DNA of 64,000 nucleotides, from contig CAVUEQ010000001.1 in assembly GCA_963740635.1 (NCBI GenBank), forward strand, positions 401,026 through 465,025, read 5' to 3'. A program made the translations under genes and the position numbers. Origin of the DNA: an uncultured bacterium. GTDB lineage: Bacteria > Patescibacteriota > Saccharimonadia > UBA4664. Shown piece after piece: positions 46,884 to 54,991 of this stretch. A model generated the notes under the pieces. The model had not been told where the DNA came from and made no database searches. It saw nothing but the letters and a program-made list of their open reading frames with translations. The stretch's first letter is position 1; the number at the start of each line of letters is the position of its first letter.

Positions 46884-46910
46884 TTAGCACTCTCATGTGC
46901 TGAGTGCTAG
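46884..46910. promoter_or_regulatory. CIRCE operator (HrcA binding site) overlapping the clpP promoter
   Basis: TTAGCACTC-N9-GAGTGCTAG versus consensus TTAGCACTC-N9-GAGTGCTAA (17/18). Overlaps the minus-strand TGcTAAAAT -10 at 46881-46889. Confidence 0.75.
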
Positions 46911-46935
46911 TAGCCTCGACGGGTAACTCTGTGGG

Positions 46936-48216
46936 CTACTTGGCCTCGGCGTAACTGACGAGCCTGGCGATCACTTTCGAGCTCATGAGGTGGTTGTAGA
47001 CCTCTTCGCGGGTGTTGGGGTTGGACAGCTCGGCCTGGGTGGCCGGGTCCGGGTAGTCGCGCTTGAGGCGGTCGATTTCGTGGTCGAGCTCTGCGGCGGT
47101 GACGCTGAGGTTTTCGGCCGCGGCCACCTCGGTGAGCACCATGGCCAGCCCCACGCGGCGTTCGGCCTCGGGACGCATTTCTTGGTCCATGTCATCACGG
47201 GTTTTGCCCGAGAGGTCGAGGTATTTCGCAAAATCGAGACCGCTGGCGGCCAGGTTTTGCTCGAGCTCAGCCCGCATGCGCTCAAGTTGCTGCTCCACAA
47301 GGGCATTCGGTATTTTGAAATCGCTCTTCTTGAGCAACTCATTCAGCACATCTTGCTCATAATCGCGCGAAGAGGCCTCGGCTTTCTGGGCGGTCAGTTT
47401 CTCGGTGATATCGGCCTTGAGCTCGGCCTCGGACTTAAACGGACTCACGCGCTCCACGAAGTCTTTATCGACCTCGGGCAGCACCAGCTCGGTGACGGAA
47501 TTAAGCTTAATCTTAAAGGTTACGACTGTGTCGGCCAGGGTTTTCTCATGGTAATTAGCGGGAAACCGGATGTCGAACGTCTTCTCGTCGCCCTTCTTTA
47601 GGCCGGTAATTTCGGCCTCGAAGCCGGGGATGAATTGGCCCGAGCCCAGCTGCAGAGTCTGGTTTTTGGCCGAGGCGCCGGGCACGGCCTGGCCGTCCTT
47701 GGTGCCTTCGAAGTCAAAATTGACCTCATCACCCTGGCGCGCGGGCTGCTCGGAATCCAGGCGGGTGGCCTCACGGCGCCGCAGGTCCTGGATGGTGCGC
47801 TCGATCTCGGCCGCCTCGATTTTGATGGCCGGGCGCTTCACCCGCAGCTTCTTGTAGTCGGGCAACTTCACTTTGGGCAGCAGTTCGGCCTTCACTTTGT
47901 AGACGAGGGTGGTGTAGGGTACGAATTTCTCGAGCGACACTTTGGGGCTCGACACTATTTGGAGCTTCAGCTCCTTCACGGCGCCGGGGTAGGCGTGCTG
48001 GATGGCGTGGTCGATGAACTCGCGCTGCACGGTGTCGGCGCCGAGCTCGCGCTCCACGATCACATCGGGGGCTTTGCCCGGCCGAAAGCCCGCGGCTTTC
48101 ACGCGGCCGCGCAGTTCGTTAAACACCTCGGTCTTGATGTGGTTGAGAGAACCCTCATCGAGCGCCACAGTGAACTCGATTTCGGCGTCGGTGCGGGTGA
48201 GAATATTGGTTTCCAT
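46936..48216 (-). CDS. tig: trigger factor
   Basis: 426-aa ORF with the trigger-factor N-terminal / PPIase / C-terminal arrangement. Confidence 0.92.
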   Translation of the reverse strand: METNILTRTDAEIEFTVALDEGSLNHIKTEVFNELRGRVKAAGFRPGKAPDVIVERELGADTVQREFIDHAIQHAYPGAVKELKLQIVSSPKVSLEKFVPYTTLVYKVKAELLPKVKLPDYKKLRVKRPAIKIEAAEIERTIQDLRRREATRLDSEQPARQGDEVNFDFEGTKDGQAVPGASAKNQTLQLGSGQFIPGFEAEITGLKKGDEKTFDIRFPANYHEKTLADTVVTFKIKLNSVTELVLPEVDKDFVERVSPFKSEAELKADITEKLTAQKAEASSRDYEQDVLNELLKKSDFKIPNALVEQQLERMRAELEQNLAASGLDFAKYLDLSGKTRDDMDQEMRPEAERRVGLAMVLTEVAAAENLSVTAAELDHEIDRLKRDYPDPATQAELSNPNTREEVYNHLMSSKVIARLVSYAEAK

Positions 48217-48287
48217 AGTCTAATACGTTAGCATGCCCCGCCGCCCGGGCAAAGCGTTAGCGCCACGGCTTGGTGTATGCTCGGGGT

Positions 48288-49235
48288 ATGAAACAGTACG
48301 ATTTGCTGGCGGTCGGGGGCGTGTATGTGGACATTAATTGTCTAAATTTTCCGTTTGGCGATGCCGGCATCGGGCTCGAAAAAGAAATTGTCAGCCTTGG
48401 CGGCGGTTACGAGATGGTGGCCGGCGGGTCGGCCATGAATTTCAACCGGCTGTGCCACGGGCTGGGTCTGAGCAGCGTGCTCGTGGGCAAAGTCGGTGAC
48501 GACCGGGCCGGGAAATTGCTAGAAGAATTGGTGCAGGAGGCAGGCGTGGAGCCGGCGCTGATCGTGGACCAGGAAGTGCGGACCAATCTGGGCCTCAACT
48601 TTGTGAACCCTGAGGGCCGCACGATTATCGCCTCCGTGGGTTCGGCCAACCAGGCGCTCGACCCGGAGAGCGTATTGGAGCGGGCTGAGCCTCTGCTCAA
48701 GGACGTGCGCTATCTTTATCTCGGGACTTGCCTGAAGTTGACGCGGCTGCTGCCTGCCTATGAGCACTTGGTGATACTGGCGAAGAATACGGATACCAAA
48801 ATCGTGATCGACCACGGCCGCATCACCAATGCCACGACCGACGAGGACCTGGCCATGACCCGCGACCTGGTAGCGCACTCCGACTACTATCTGCCCAGCG
48901 CTGATGAGTTTATGCAAATGTGGGACGCGAAGTCGATCGAAGACGGGCTGAAATCCCATGATTGGGGCCAGACCTGGGTGGCGGTAAAAGACGGTCCGAA
49001 CGGCGTTTATGGCTTTGCTGAGGGCGGCCTGACTAATGTGCCGGCCTTCGACGTCAAGGTCATGAACACGGTCGGCGCGGGCGACGCGTTTAATGCCGGC
49101 TTTGTGGCCGCCCTCCACGACGACCGCGGTTTCGACGAGGCCTTGCGGCTCGGCAACGCGGTCGCTGCCCTCAAAATCTCGCGCGATGAATTGCCCACCC
49201 GGGCAGGTGCTGAAGGTCTAATGCGGAAAGCCTGA
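48288..49235 (+). CDS. PfkB-family carbohydrate kinase
   Basis: GAGDAFNAGF signature. ATG 48288 (MKQYDLLAVGG) lies 6 nt after TATGCT. The track ORF starts at 48270. Confidence 0.8.
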   Translation: MKQYDLLAVGGVYVDINCLNFPFGDAGIGLEKEIVSLGGGYEMVAGGSAMNFNRLCHGLGLSSVLVGKVGDDRAGKLLEELVQEAGVEPALIVDQEVRTNLGLNFVNPEGRTIIASVGSANQALDPESVLERAEPLLKDVRYLYLGTCLKLTRLLPAYEHLVILAKNTDTKIVIDHGRITNATTDEDLAMTRDLVAHSDYYLPSADEFMQMWDAKSIEDGLKSHDWGQTWVAVKDGPNGVYGFAEGGLTNVPAFDVKVMNTVGAGDAFNAGFVAALHDDRGFDEALRLGNAVAALKISRDELPTRAGAEGLMRKA

Positions 49236-49249
49236 CCATCTCGGCTAGG

Positions 49250-49513
49250 CTATTTCTTGTACAGCTGGTTATGCGTACCTACTGCAACAAATAATAATTC
49301 ATTATCCCCGACGATCTTGTAATGTGCACGCCAATCCCCGCCAAAGGAGATGGAGCGGTGGCCCGACCATTCTCCAGTGAGAGGATGGTTGTACAGGATT
49401 GCATCGCCCGGGTTAGACCTAAAGGAGCGAAGGGCCTGCTTTAAGCGCTCTTTTTGGGCCGGCCGTAGTTTTTTCGCTTGTTTCGTAAACGTCTTGCTGA
49501 AGTTAACGGTCAT
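49250..49513 (-). CDS. relE: RelE/YafQ-family type II toxin
   Basis: 87-aa ORF. ...LTGEWSGHRSISFGGDWRAHYKI.GDNELLFVAVGTHNQLY matches the RelE/StbE pattern. Overlaps the antitoxin stop by 4 nt. Confidence 0.75.
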   Translation of the reverse strand: MTVNFSKTFTKQAKKLRPAQKERLKQALRSFRSNPGDAILYNHPLTGEWSGHRSISFGGDWRAHYKIVGDNELLFVAVGTHNQLYKK

Positions 49514-49785
49514 AGTGACCCGAGGTAGTCTTCCAGCTCAGAGTCGTTGACGACAGTGTTGACCCGACCGGAAGCATAATCAGCTTCTGCCTCGCGGATT
49601 AAGCCTTGGAGGTAAGTCGTTGGCTCTAATGAAGAGCTGAGGGTTATTTCGCGGCTACGCAACATCTGCTTGATGGTGGCATTCACTAGCGACGTTGCCG
49701 GGATGCCAACCTCTTCGGCAAACTCCTTGAGCTCTTTCCGGGTGGCTTCATCAAGACGTACGTTCATGGTGACGGTTTTACTCAT
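49510..49785 (-). CDS. relB: RelB/DinJ-family antitoxin
   Basis: Start set at ATG 49783-49785 (MSKTVTMNVRLDEATRKELKEFAEEVGIPATSLVNATIKQML). It lies 6 nt after TACAAT, with a TTTACA -35 and an ATGTG-TAT-CACAT palindrome. Confidence 0.7.
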   Translation of the reverse strand: MSKTVTMNVRLDEATRKELKEFAEEVGIPATSLVNATIKQMLRSREITLSSSLEPTTYLQGLIREAEADYASGRVNTVVNDSELEDYLGSL

Positions 49786-49939
49786 GATTTGATTGTATGC
49801 TTTATGTGTATCACATGTAAACACGTCCAGGCCAGGAGGCCAATCGCTCCGCCGAAGGTCAGGTGCCAGGGATAAATCCTGGGATGAGTTTAAGTGGGGC
49901 CCATACATTCAGCTTAACTTATTTAGTAGCTGCGGCGTG

Positions 49940-50359
49940 TTACTTAGAAACAATAAACTGCCCCAACACCTGCTGCTCCAAATGGTCGTGGAAGATGAAG
50001 GTGCCGGCTTTGTTTAGCGTCACAGTGAGGCTTTGCCCTTTGGCGAGCAGTTTTTCGGACGTCCCGTCATACTCAATGTGGTGGTCGTGGGGACCAAAGG
50101 CCATGAGCCGCTGGGTGTCGTCGCTGTTTGTGATGGTCAAGGTATCGCAGAGCTTGGCTTGGGTGAGAGCAGGCTGCACGAAGTTATTTGCGATTGTCAC
50201 GTGTTGGGCTGGATGGTTGCTGCCCTTGCAGTTGGCTAGGCCCTGCTGGGCGGGGTTTGAGGGTAAGTACTTGTCACTCAGGTAGAGAGTGCCGGAAACG
50301 ACAACGACGCAGACCAGAATGAAGCCGGTCGCAAGGCCAACGGTTCGAAGTTTCGTCAT
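49940..50359 (-). CDS. membrane-anchored cupredoxin-like protein
   Basis: 139-aa ORF. N-terminal TM helix. C-terminal GTFIFHDH...Q pattern resembles small blue-copper folds. Confidence 0.45.
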   Translation of the reverse strand: MTKLRTVGLATGFILVCVVVVSGTLYLSDKYLPSNPAQQGLANCKGSNHPAQHVTIANNFVQPALTQAKLCDTLTITNSDDTQRLMAFGPHDHHIEYDGTSEKLLAKGQSLTVTLNKAGTFIFHDHLEQQVLGQFIVSK

Positions 50360-50436
50360 GGACGTTCGCTGAGATGGCGGTTAAGGATAAGTGGCATGGG
50401 TATATTCTATACTTTAGTATACTTCTACCGAAATCC

Positions 50437-50489
50437 AACTCCTTTTGCAGTGGTTGTCGCACCTATGGCAACTGTTGACTAACTCAAAG
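50437..50489. repeat. intergenic repeat, copy a
   Basis: AACTCCTTTTGCAGTGGTTGTCGCACC...TCAAAG, homologous to copies b and c. Lies just 3' of mazF-1. Confidence 0.6.
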
Positions 50490-50500
50490 TTGCCTCGGAA

Positions 50501-50842
50501 TTAATGACCGTTGATCAGTAATGCTACCTTTGCAGAAGCTTCAGCTAGCACCTCTTCGGGCGCCTGCGCTATGAAGGCTGTCTCGCGGGCACGATAGTCG
50601 ATACTTCGAACGTGAATGGGCAAGACTGCCCCGTTAATACGGGTGGTCGAGACTATTACCTCGTTTGGCCTGCCTTTCGGCTTGCTTGTTATCGGGCACA
50701 TTACGACTAACCCGGTTTTTTCTGCCATTAGCTTGCGCGATAGGATCAACGCCGGCCTTCGACCAGACTGCTCATGGCCCAATCGAGGATCTAGCTGAAG
50801 CCAAACAAGATCGCCGCGCTCAGGAATATACGGGTCAGACAT
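50501..50842 (-). CDS. mazF: MazF/PemK-family endoribonuclease toxin (copy 1)
   Basis: Start set at MSDPYIPERGDLVWLQLDPRLGHEQSGRRPALILS...CPITSK. Overlaps the mazE stop. Confidence 0.8.
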   Translation of the reverse strand: MSDPYIPERGDLVWLQLDPRLGHEQSGRRPALILSRKLMAEKTGLVVMCPITSKPKGRPNEVIVSTTRINGAVLPIHVRSIDYRARETAFIAQAPEEVLAEASAKVALLINGH

Positions 50843-51092
50843 CGTACCATCGTTCGGCGCCAACATCAGGTCCCCAATCATACTCTGCATGAACGCTTGC
50901 GGGTGTAAGCCCATCAAGTAGCCCTTCAAGGGTTAGTTCGCCAGGAGCGATGGGCCGTAATGTAATGGTCTTGCCATTGCTCTTAATCTCGACATCAGAG
51001 TCATCGCGAAGCCCCAGCTCATCGACGACTCGTTGAGGAATTCGCACAGCCAGGCTGTTGCCCCACTTCTTGACCTTAGCTTCAGCTTTCAT
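50835..51092 (-). CDS. mazE: MazE/AbrB-SpoVT-family antitoxin (copy 1)
   Basis: 85-aa ORF, KKWGNSLAVRIPQRV swapped-hairpin motif. Upstream promoter TTGTAC-17-TATACT with an ATATAC/GTATAT palindrome. Confidence 0.8.
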   Translation of the reverse strand: MKAEAKVKKWGNSLAVRIPQRVVDELGLRDDSDVEIKSNGKTITLRPIAPGELTLEGLLDGLTPASVHAEYDWGPDVGAERWYDV

Positions 51093-51344
51093 GATGTCTC
51101 CTGCTTGCGCAGAGTATATACTATTGTATATCCGGGTACAAGATAGTCTTCTGCTCGGCTACCAGATGGGGATGGGTTTTTAGAAGCCCCGACGCCGCAG
51201 CTCACGACGGGCTGTTTTAAGGGAGAGGGCAAGCAGTTGCTGCCGTAAAAGCGAAGGCCCCCGCCCCGAAGTTGATTTGAGTTTCTGCAGGGGCTATATA
51301 TACTTAAGCGCAATGGAACATTGAAGGCGAGACAAACGGCAGCT

Positions 51345-52415
51345 ATGGCAATAAAACAACGATCTCAGTTACTTAGGGACAGGTTGCCAGGTAATGGCCT
51401 GCTACTCCTGGTGTTTGTAGGGATATTTGGGATAGCCGGTACGCTACTTTTGAAGACCTCGAGGGCTGCTAGTACGACGGCTTTTGAAGCCGAAGCCAAT
51501 CCAAGTGGTGTTACCGGCCCGGCCGCAGTCGTGCCTCTTGGCACTGCTTCTGGCGGGCAGGCTGTTAAATTTGGCTCTGGTGCTGGTGGTGTAACGGATG
51601 CAACCCTGAACGCACTGATTGCATCGACACCACCGTCCACTTCTGGCCCGGCACCCTCTGGTCCGACAGTCGGCCAATCAGGACAGTTCGACACTTCGAC
51701 GCTGGCGACAAATGAAATTTGGGACAACTTTGACGGCACCACGCTCGACAGCCGGTTATGGCAACGGGATACGATTAACCAAGGCGGTACCCAGGTCTAT
51801 CAAAACGCCAACATGACTCTCGATGGCAGCGGGCATGCCGTCATGACGGCCACTCAGAGCGGCAGTACGATTTATTCGGGCCGGTTTACCTCACGCCAGA
51901 AATTTGCGATGAAGTACGGCTGGAGCGCGGCCAGAATCAAAATGCCATATTCAGGAAACGGTGTCGGCGGGGCCTGGTTCCCGGCATTTTGGATGTTACT
52001 GGTCGGTTATAACACCAGCCCAAACTATGCCGAATATGATCTTATGGAGCAATTTGGTGATTCCTCTACGTATTCAACTCACCTGTACCTGAGTGACGGC
52101 ACCGCCAGCGACGACAAACAATCATACAAGGCTGTGCCATCATCGCAGGGCAGCGATGCGAGCCAAGCGTACCATACCTATTGGACACTCTGGGAAGCCG
52201 ACCGCATACGCGTCGGTGTTGATTCGCTGGTAATGGGCGACTGGCATTCGACAGATTTTTCTGCCGGCCAATGGGCCAATCACATGCAGCAACCTATGTA
52301 TTACATATTTAATTTTGCTGTAGCGCCAAGTTGGTTACCTGCGCCCAAGCCAACAGACTTCCCTGCGCAGATGAACGTCGACTGGGCCTGGTATAAGCCC
52401 CTGTCGGCTTTGTAG
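51345..52415 (+). CDS. secreted glycoside hydrolase family 16 (beta-glucanase/laminarinase-like)
   Basis: WFPAFWML and catalytic EYDLME (ExDxxE) motifs. N-terminal signal/TM helix. Start ambiguous (TTG 51321 or ATG 51345). Confidence 0.75.
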   Translation: MAIKQRSQLLRDRLPGNGLLLLVFVGIFGIAGTLLLKTSRAASTTAFEAEANPSGVTGPAAVVPLGTASGGQAVKFGSGAGGVTDATLNALIASTPPSTSGPAPSGPTVGQSGQFDTSTLATNEIWDNFDGTTLDSRLWQRDTINQGGTQVYQNANMTLDGSGHAVMTATQSGSTIYSGRFTSRQKFAMKYGWSAARIKMPYSGNGVGGAWFPAFWMLLVGYNTSPNYAEYDLMEQFGDSSTYSTHLYLSDGTASDDKQSYKAVPSSQGSDASQAYHTYWTLWEADRIRVGVDSLVMGDWHSTDFSAGQWANHMQQPMYYIFNFAVAPSWLPAPKPTDFPAQMNVDWAWYKPLSAL

Positions 52416-52452
52416 GCATACTTCTATGGTGCCCTTGAACGACATTCATGAG

Positions 52453-52496
52453 AACTCTTTTTGCAATGGTTGGACCGTTTACGTCAAGCGTTTGAG
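52453..52496. repeat. intergenic repeat, copy b
   Basis: AACTCTTTTTGCAATGGTTGGACC...GTCAAGCGTTTGAG. Lies just 3' of mazF-2. Homology to copy c continues leftward to about 52425, right at the GH16 stop. Confidence 0.6.
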
Positions 52497-52512
52497 CTTG
52501 ACCCGAACTAGG

Positions 52513-52851
52513 TTAGCCATTGACCAAACTGTCAATAAGTATTTGCGTCTTAGATAAAGTTTCGCCATCGGCCTTGCCGCCGAAGTCAGGTTTTCGTTCA
52601 TGCCAATCAACACTTTTAACCTGATCCGCCAGAATGACGCCGTCTATTTTTTTGGCTTTGATGCGGACTTCAAATGGGTACCCTTTCACTTTGGAGGTAA
52701 TTGGACAAACAAGCATCAACCCGGAACGCAGGTTGTACGGCTGACCGGATAGCACCAAAGCGGGCCGGACACCGGCCTGTTCGTGCCCCACATGGGGGCT
52801 AAAGTTGAACCAAACGATATCACCCCTATCAGGGGTGTATGCCTCTACCAT
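52513..52851 (-). CDS. mazF: MazF/PemK-family endoribonuclease toxin (copy 2)
   Basis: Start set at MVEAYTPDRGDIVWFNFSPHVGHEQAGVRPALVLS...CPITSK. Confidence 0.8.
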   Translation of the reverse strand: MVEAYTPDRGDIVWFNFSPHVGHEQAGVRPALVLSGQPYNLRSGLMLVCPITSKVKGYPFEVRIKAKKIDGVILADQVKSVDWHERKPDFGGKADGETLSKTQILIDSLVNG

Positions 52852-53093
52852 ATTTCTTTTCCGACCGGCGCTCCCCAATCTACTTCGCGATGAACATTCT
52901 CGGGAGTGATGCCTTTAACTAGGTCATCTAGAGATAGCCGAGGGTTCTCTTCGCGCTTTATGATCGCCGTATTACCATCGCTAGTGATTTCAATTTGGGT
53001 ATCATTTGTGAGCCCCAGATCTCGAGCTACACGAGAAGGTATGCGGATTGCCAGGCTGTTGCCCCACATCTTTACTTGAGTCGTAGTTTTCAC
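52845..53093 (-). CDS. mazE: MazE/AbrB-SpoVT-family antitoxin (copy 2)
   Basis: 82-aa ORF, KMWGNSLAIRIPSRV. Promoter TTGACG-17-TACAAT upstream. Confidence 0.8.
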   Translation of the reverse strand: MKTTTQVKMWGNSLAIRIPSRVARDLGLTNDTQIEITSDGNTAIIKREENPRLSLDDLVKGITPENVHREVDWGAPVGKEIW

Positions 53094-53171
53094 TTTGTGC
53101 CCTCTTTATTGGGTCTAATTGTATATCTTTGTATCTACACCGTCAAGTAATATTTAGTTGGTTCGAACCAG

Positions 53172-53333
53172 TTAAGCAAACGGTGGAAAATGTGATGAAT
53201 GCTCCCATGGTTGACCGAACCATACGTTACCGAAATCCTTCGTGATAAAAACGATGTAGTAATCGCCGTTCGGAAGCACAGCGACGGGCCACTCTCTTGA
53301 AGTGTCAATTTTGGTGACTTGAAAGGCACTCAT
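53172..53333 (-). CDS. possible 53-aa ORF (hypothetical)
   Basis: Not in the track. Reads MSAFQVTKIDTSREWPVAVLPNGDYYIVFITKDFGNVWFGQPWEHSSHFPPFA. More protein-like than the overlapping track ORF 53135-53329. Starts right after repeat copy c. Confidence 0.3.
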   Translation of the reverse strand: MSAFQVTKIDTSREWPVAVLPNGDYYIVFITKDFGNVWFGQPWEHSSHFPPFA

Positions 53334-53336
53334 TCG

Positions 53337-53380
53337 AACTCTTTATGCGATGGTTGTGGGACCTCTGTCAAGTTTTTGAG
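53337..53380. repeat. intergenic repeat, copy c
   Basis: AACTCTTTATGCGATGGTTGTGGGACC...GTCAAGTTTTTGAG. Confidence 0.6.
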
Positions 53381-53478
53381 GCTGAATCCCTGTGACGGAA
53401 TATTTGACTTCCCTGCAGGATGTGACTAAGGCCTCACTATTTTGGGCGCGACCAGGAGCTGGCAAAGCATACTTTTCT

Positions 53479-53925
53479 TCAGTGGGTCGAGATGGCCCAT
53501 ACTAACAGCGTAAATGCGTATAAGTTTATTAGTAACGTTCTAATCCAGTGTGTTTGCAGAATCTTCTTAAGATACGTACTCTTTGGCCCTGCTGGATCTT
53601 TACTAAGTTTCGCCTGCCATTGTCCCCAAAACATTGCGGTAAGAATAAGAGAAAGGGCTTGATAGAGGATCGTAGTCCAAATCGCCCATTGCGGTGACCC
53701 GTCCGGATGATACCAGGCAAGGGTAATTGAGCCTATAAGTGCGACTCCAACTGGAGCAAAAATCCAGTAGGGTAGTTTTCTCCAATGCACCTCCTGGACC
53801 TTGTGAAAGTCCTTGGAATCGACCAGCTTCCACGTCCTGAAAATATCAATTTCCATTGCCCAAATGGTGCCTACGTTATAGAAACCAAGAGCGAGATTCA
53901 ATAGAAGGAAGGTGTATGTACTCAT
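53479..53925 (-). CDS. hypothetical 4-TM membrane protein
   Basis: 148-aa ORF. ATG is 6 nt after TATAAT (53932-53937). Confidence 0.55.
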   Translation of the reverse strand: MSTYTFLLLNLALGFYNVGTIWAMEIDIFRTWKLVDSKDFHKVQEVHWRKLPYWIFAPVGVALIGSITLAWYHPDGSPQWAIWTTILYQALSLILTAMFWGQWQAKLSKDPAGPKSTYLKKILQTHWIRTLLINLYAFTLLVWAISTH

Positions 53926-54106
53926 GCTTAAATTATACAGATATCCTGGCCAGCGATAAAGGCGACAAATACGTGATGGGCACTACTTTCACTTCCTTTG
54001 GATCACCGAGACGCCATTGCTAAATTATCGCATTTATTACAAACAAGCGCCGATAATTCGAGGCGCTCTTGTACTATCGACTGATGTAAACATAAGAATG
54101 ATATCT

Positions 54107-54192
54107 TGGTGCGGATGAAAGGACTTGAACCTTCACGGGGTTTCCCCCACTAGCTCCTAAGGCTAGCGTGTCTACCATTCCACCACATCCGC
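54107..54192 (-). tRNA. tRNA-Leu (anticodon UAG), class II with long variable arm, CCA encoded
   Basis: Minus strand: GCGGATG acceptor stem, anticodon stem CTAGC/GCTAG with loop CTTAGGA, variable arm GGGGGAAACCCC, T-arm GGTTCAAGTCC, 3' end CATCCGCACCA. Confidence 0.9.
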
Positions 54193-54241
54193 GCGGTGCG
54201 CTCACAAGTATAACTGGAATCTGCGGCTGCGTGAACTATAT

Positions 54242-54926
54242 CTAGTTGACCGGGAAAATCCTGCTTAGCCCGTAGAGGATGAGTAGAACCAGAGCAAGGG
54301 TCGAGTAGGTCTTGATGTAGGTGATGGCGATCTGGTTTTCTTGAAGCTCTATTGGTTTCGCCCTGTGGCTCGCGGGCGCTGCGTACCCAAAAGCAGGGGT
54401 CGCCTTTCGGTCATAAATTCGAAATGAAGCAATTGGATAAACCGGGAGCATGAACGCCGTGAACCATTTGGTGGCAACATAAGAGCCGTCGGGATGCACA
54501 TCTGATCGGCCGTAAAGATACGTGCCAAATCCGTAGGCGCTAAAAGATCCGCTGCTACGCAACGCTACTAGGTTTCGACTCGTGAGAGGCTTGCCTGCAT
54601 CGATAACCCAATTTGCGATGTAGTCGGGGTTTTCGACTACTTCGCCAGTAGAAGGCAGTTTGTAACTCCCCTTTTCGAGCCCGCCTGAACGCACCAAAAT
54701 CTGCGGGCAGGCTGATGCGTTTTGCGGTGCCGTGTTCAAGTACTTCTACGTCATCGAGCGTGACTTTCACAATCGTTCCATGCTTTTGTTCATGATCCAC
54801 CGGCCTGCCATCGGGGCCGAGAAAGGAATAACCGATCAAGATATACTTGCCGGTAAGCTTGCTGGATGAGAGTGTTTGAGATTCCGAATTGTGGAGAGTA
54901 TCTTTCACAGATAGTACTATTACCAT
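54242..54926 (-). pseudogene. hypothetical protein with C-terminal TM helix, apparently frameshifted
   Basis: Two overlapping ORFs (54555-54926 and 54242-54739) join sensibly at an AAAAGGGG run near 54665-54675. Confidence 0.4.
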
Positions 54927-54991
54927 ATATTGGGTAGATTTACAAGCCCAGTCACTTGATTACTACCCAAAAAGGGAGTATTTTCTGAAAA

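Noticed and set aside
53135-53329. 64-aa track ORF MPFKSPKLTLQES...
   Set aside because: The overlapping frame starting at 53333 gives a more protein-like sequence. Its start also aligns with the conserved ATG of the repeated intergenic element. Both remain low confidence.
52425-53333. tRNA-like fragments (TTCAAGTC...ACCA and GTTCAAG..GCACCA on the minus strand) at the left edge of repeat copies b and c, considered as att sites derived from the tRNA-Leu 3' end
   Set aside because: The matches are only 7-8 nt plus a CCA-like tail and are not collinear with the tRNA. Matches of that length are expected by chance a couple of times in 64 kb.
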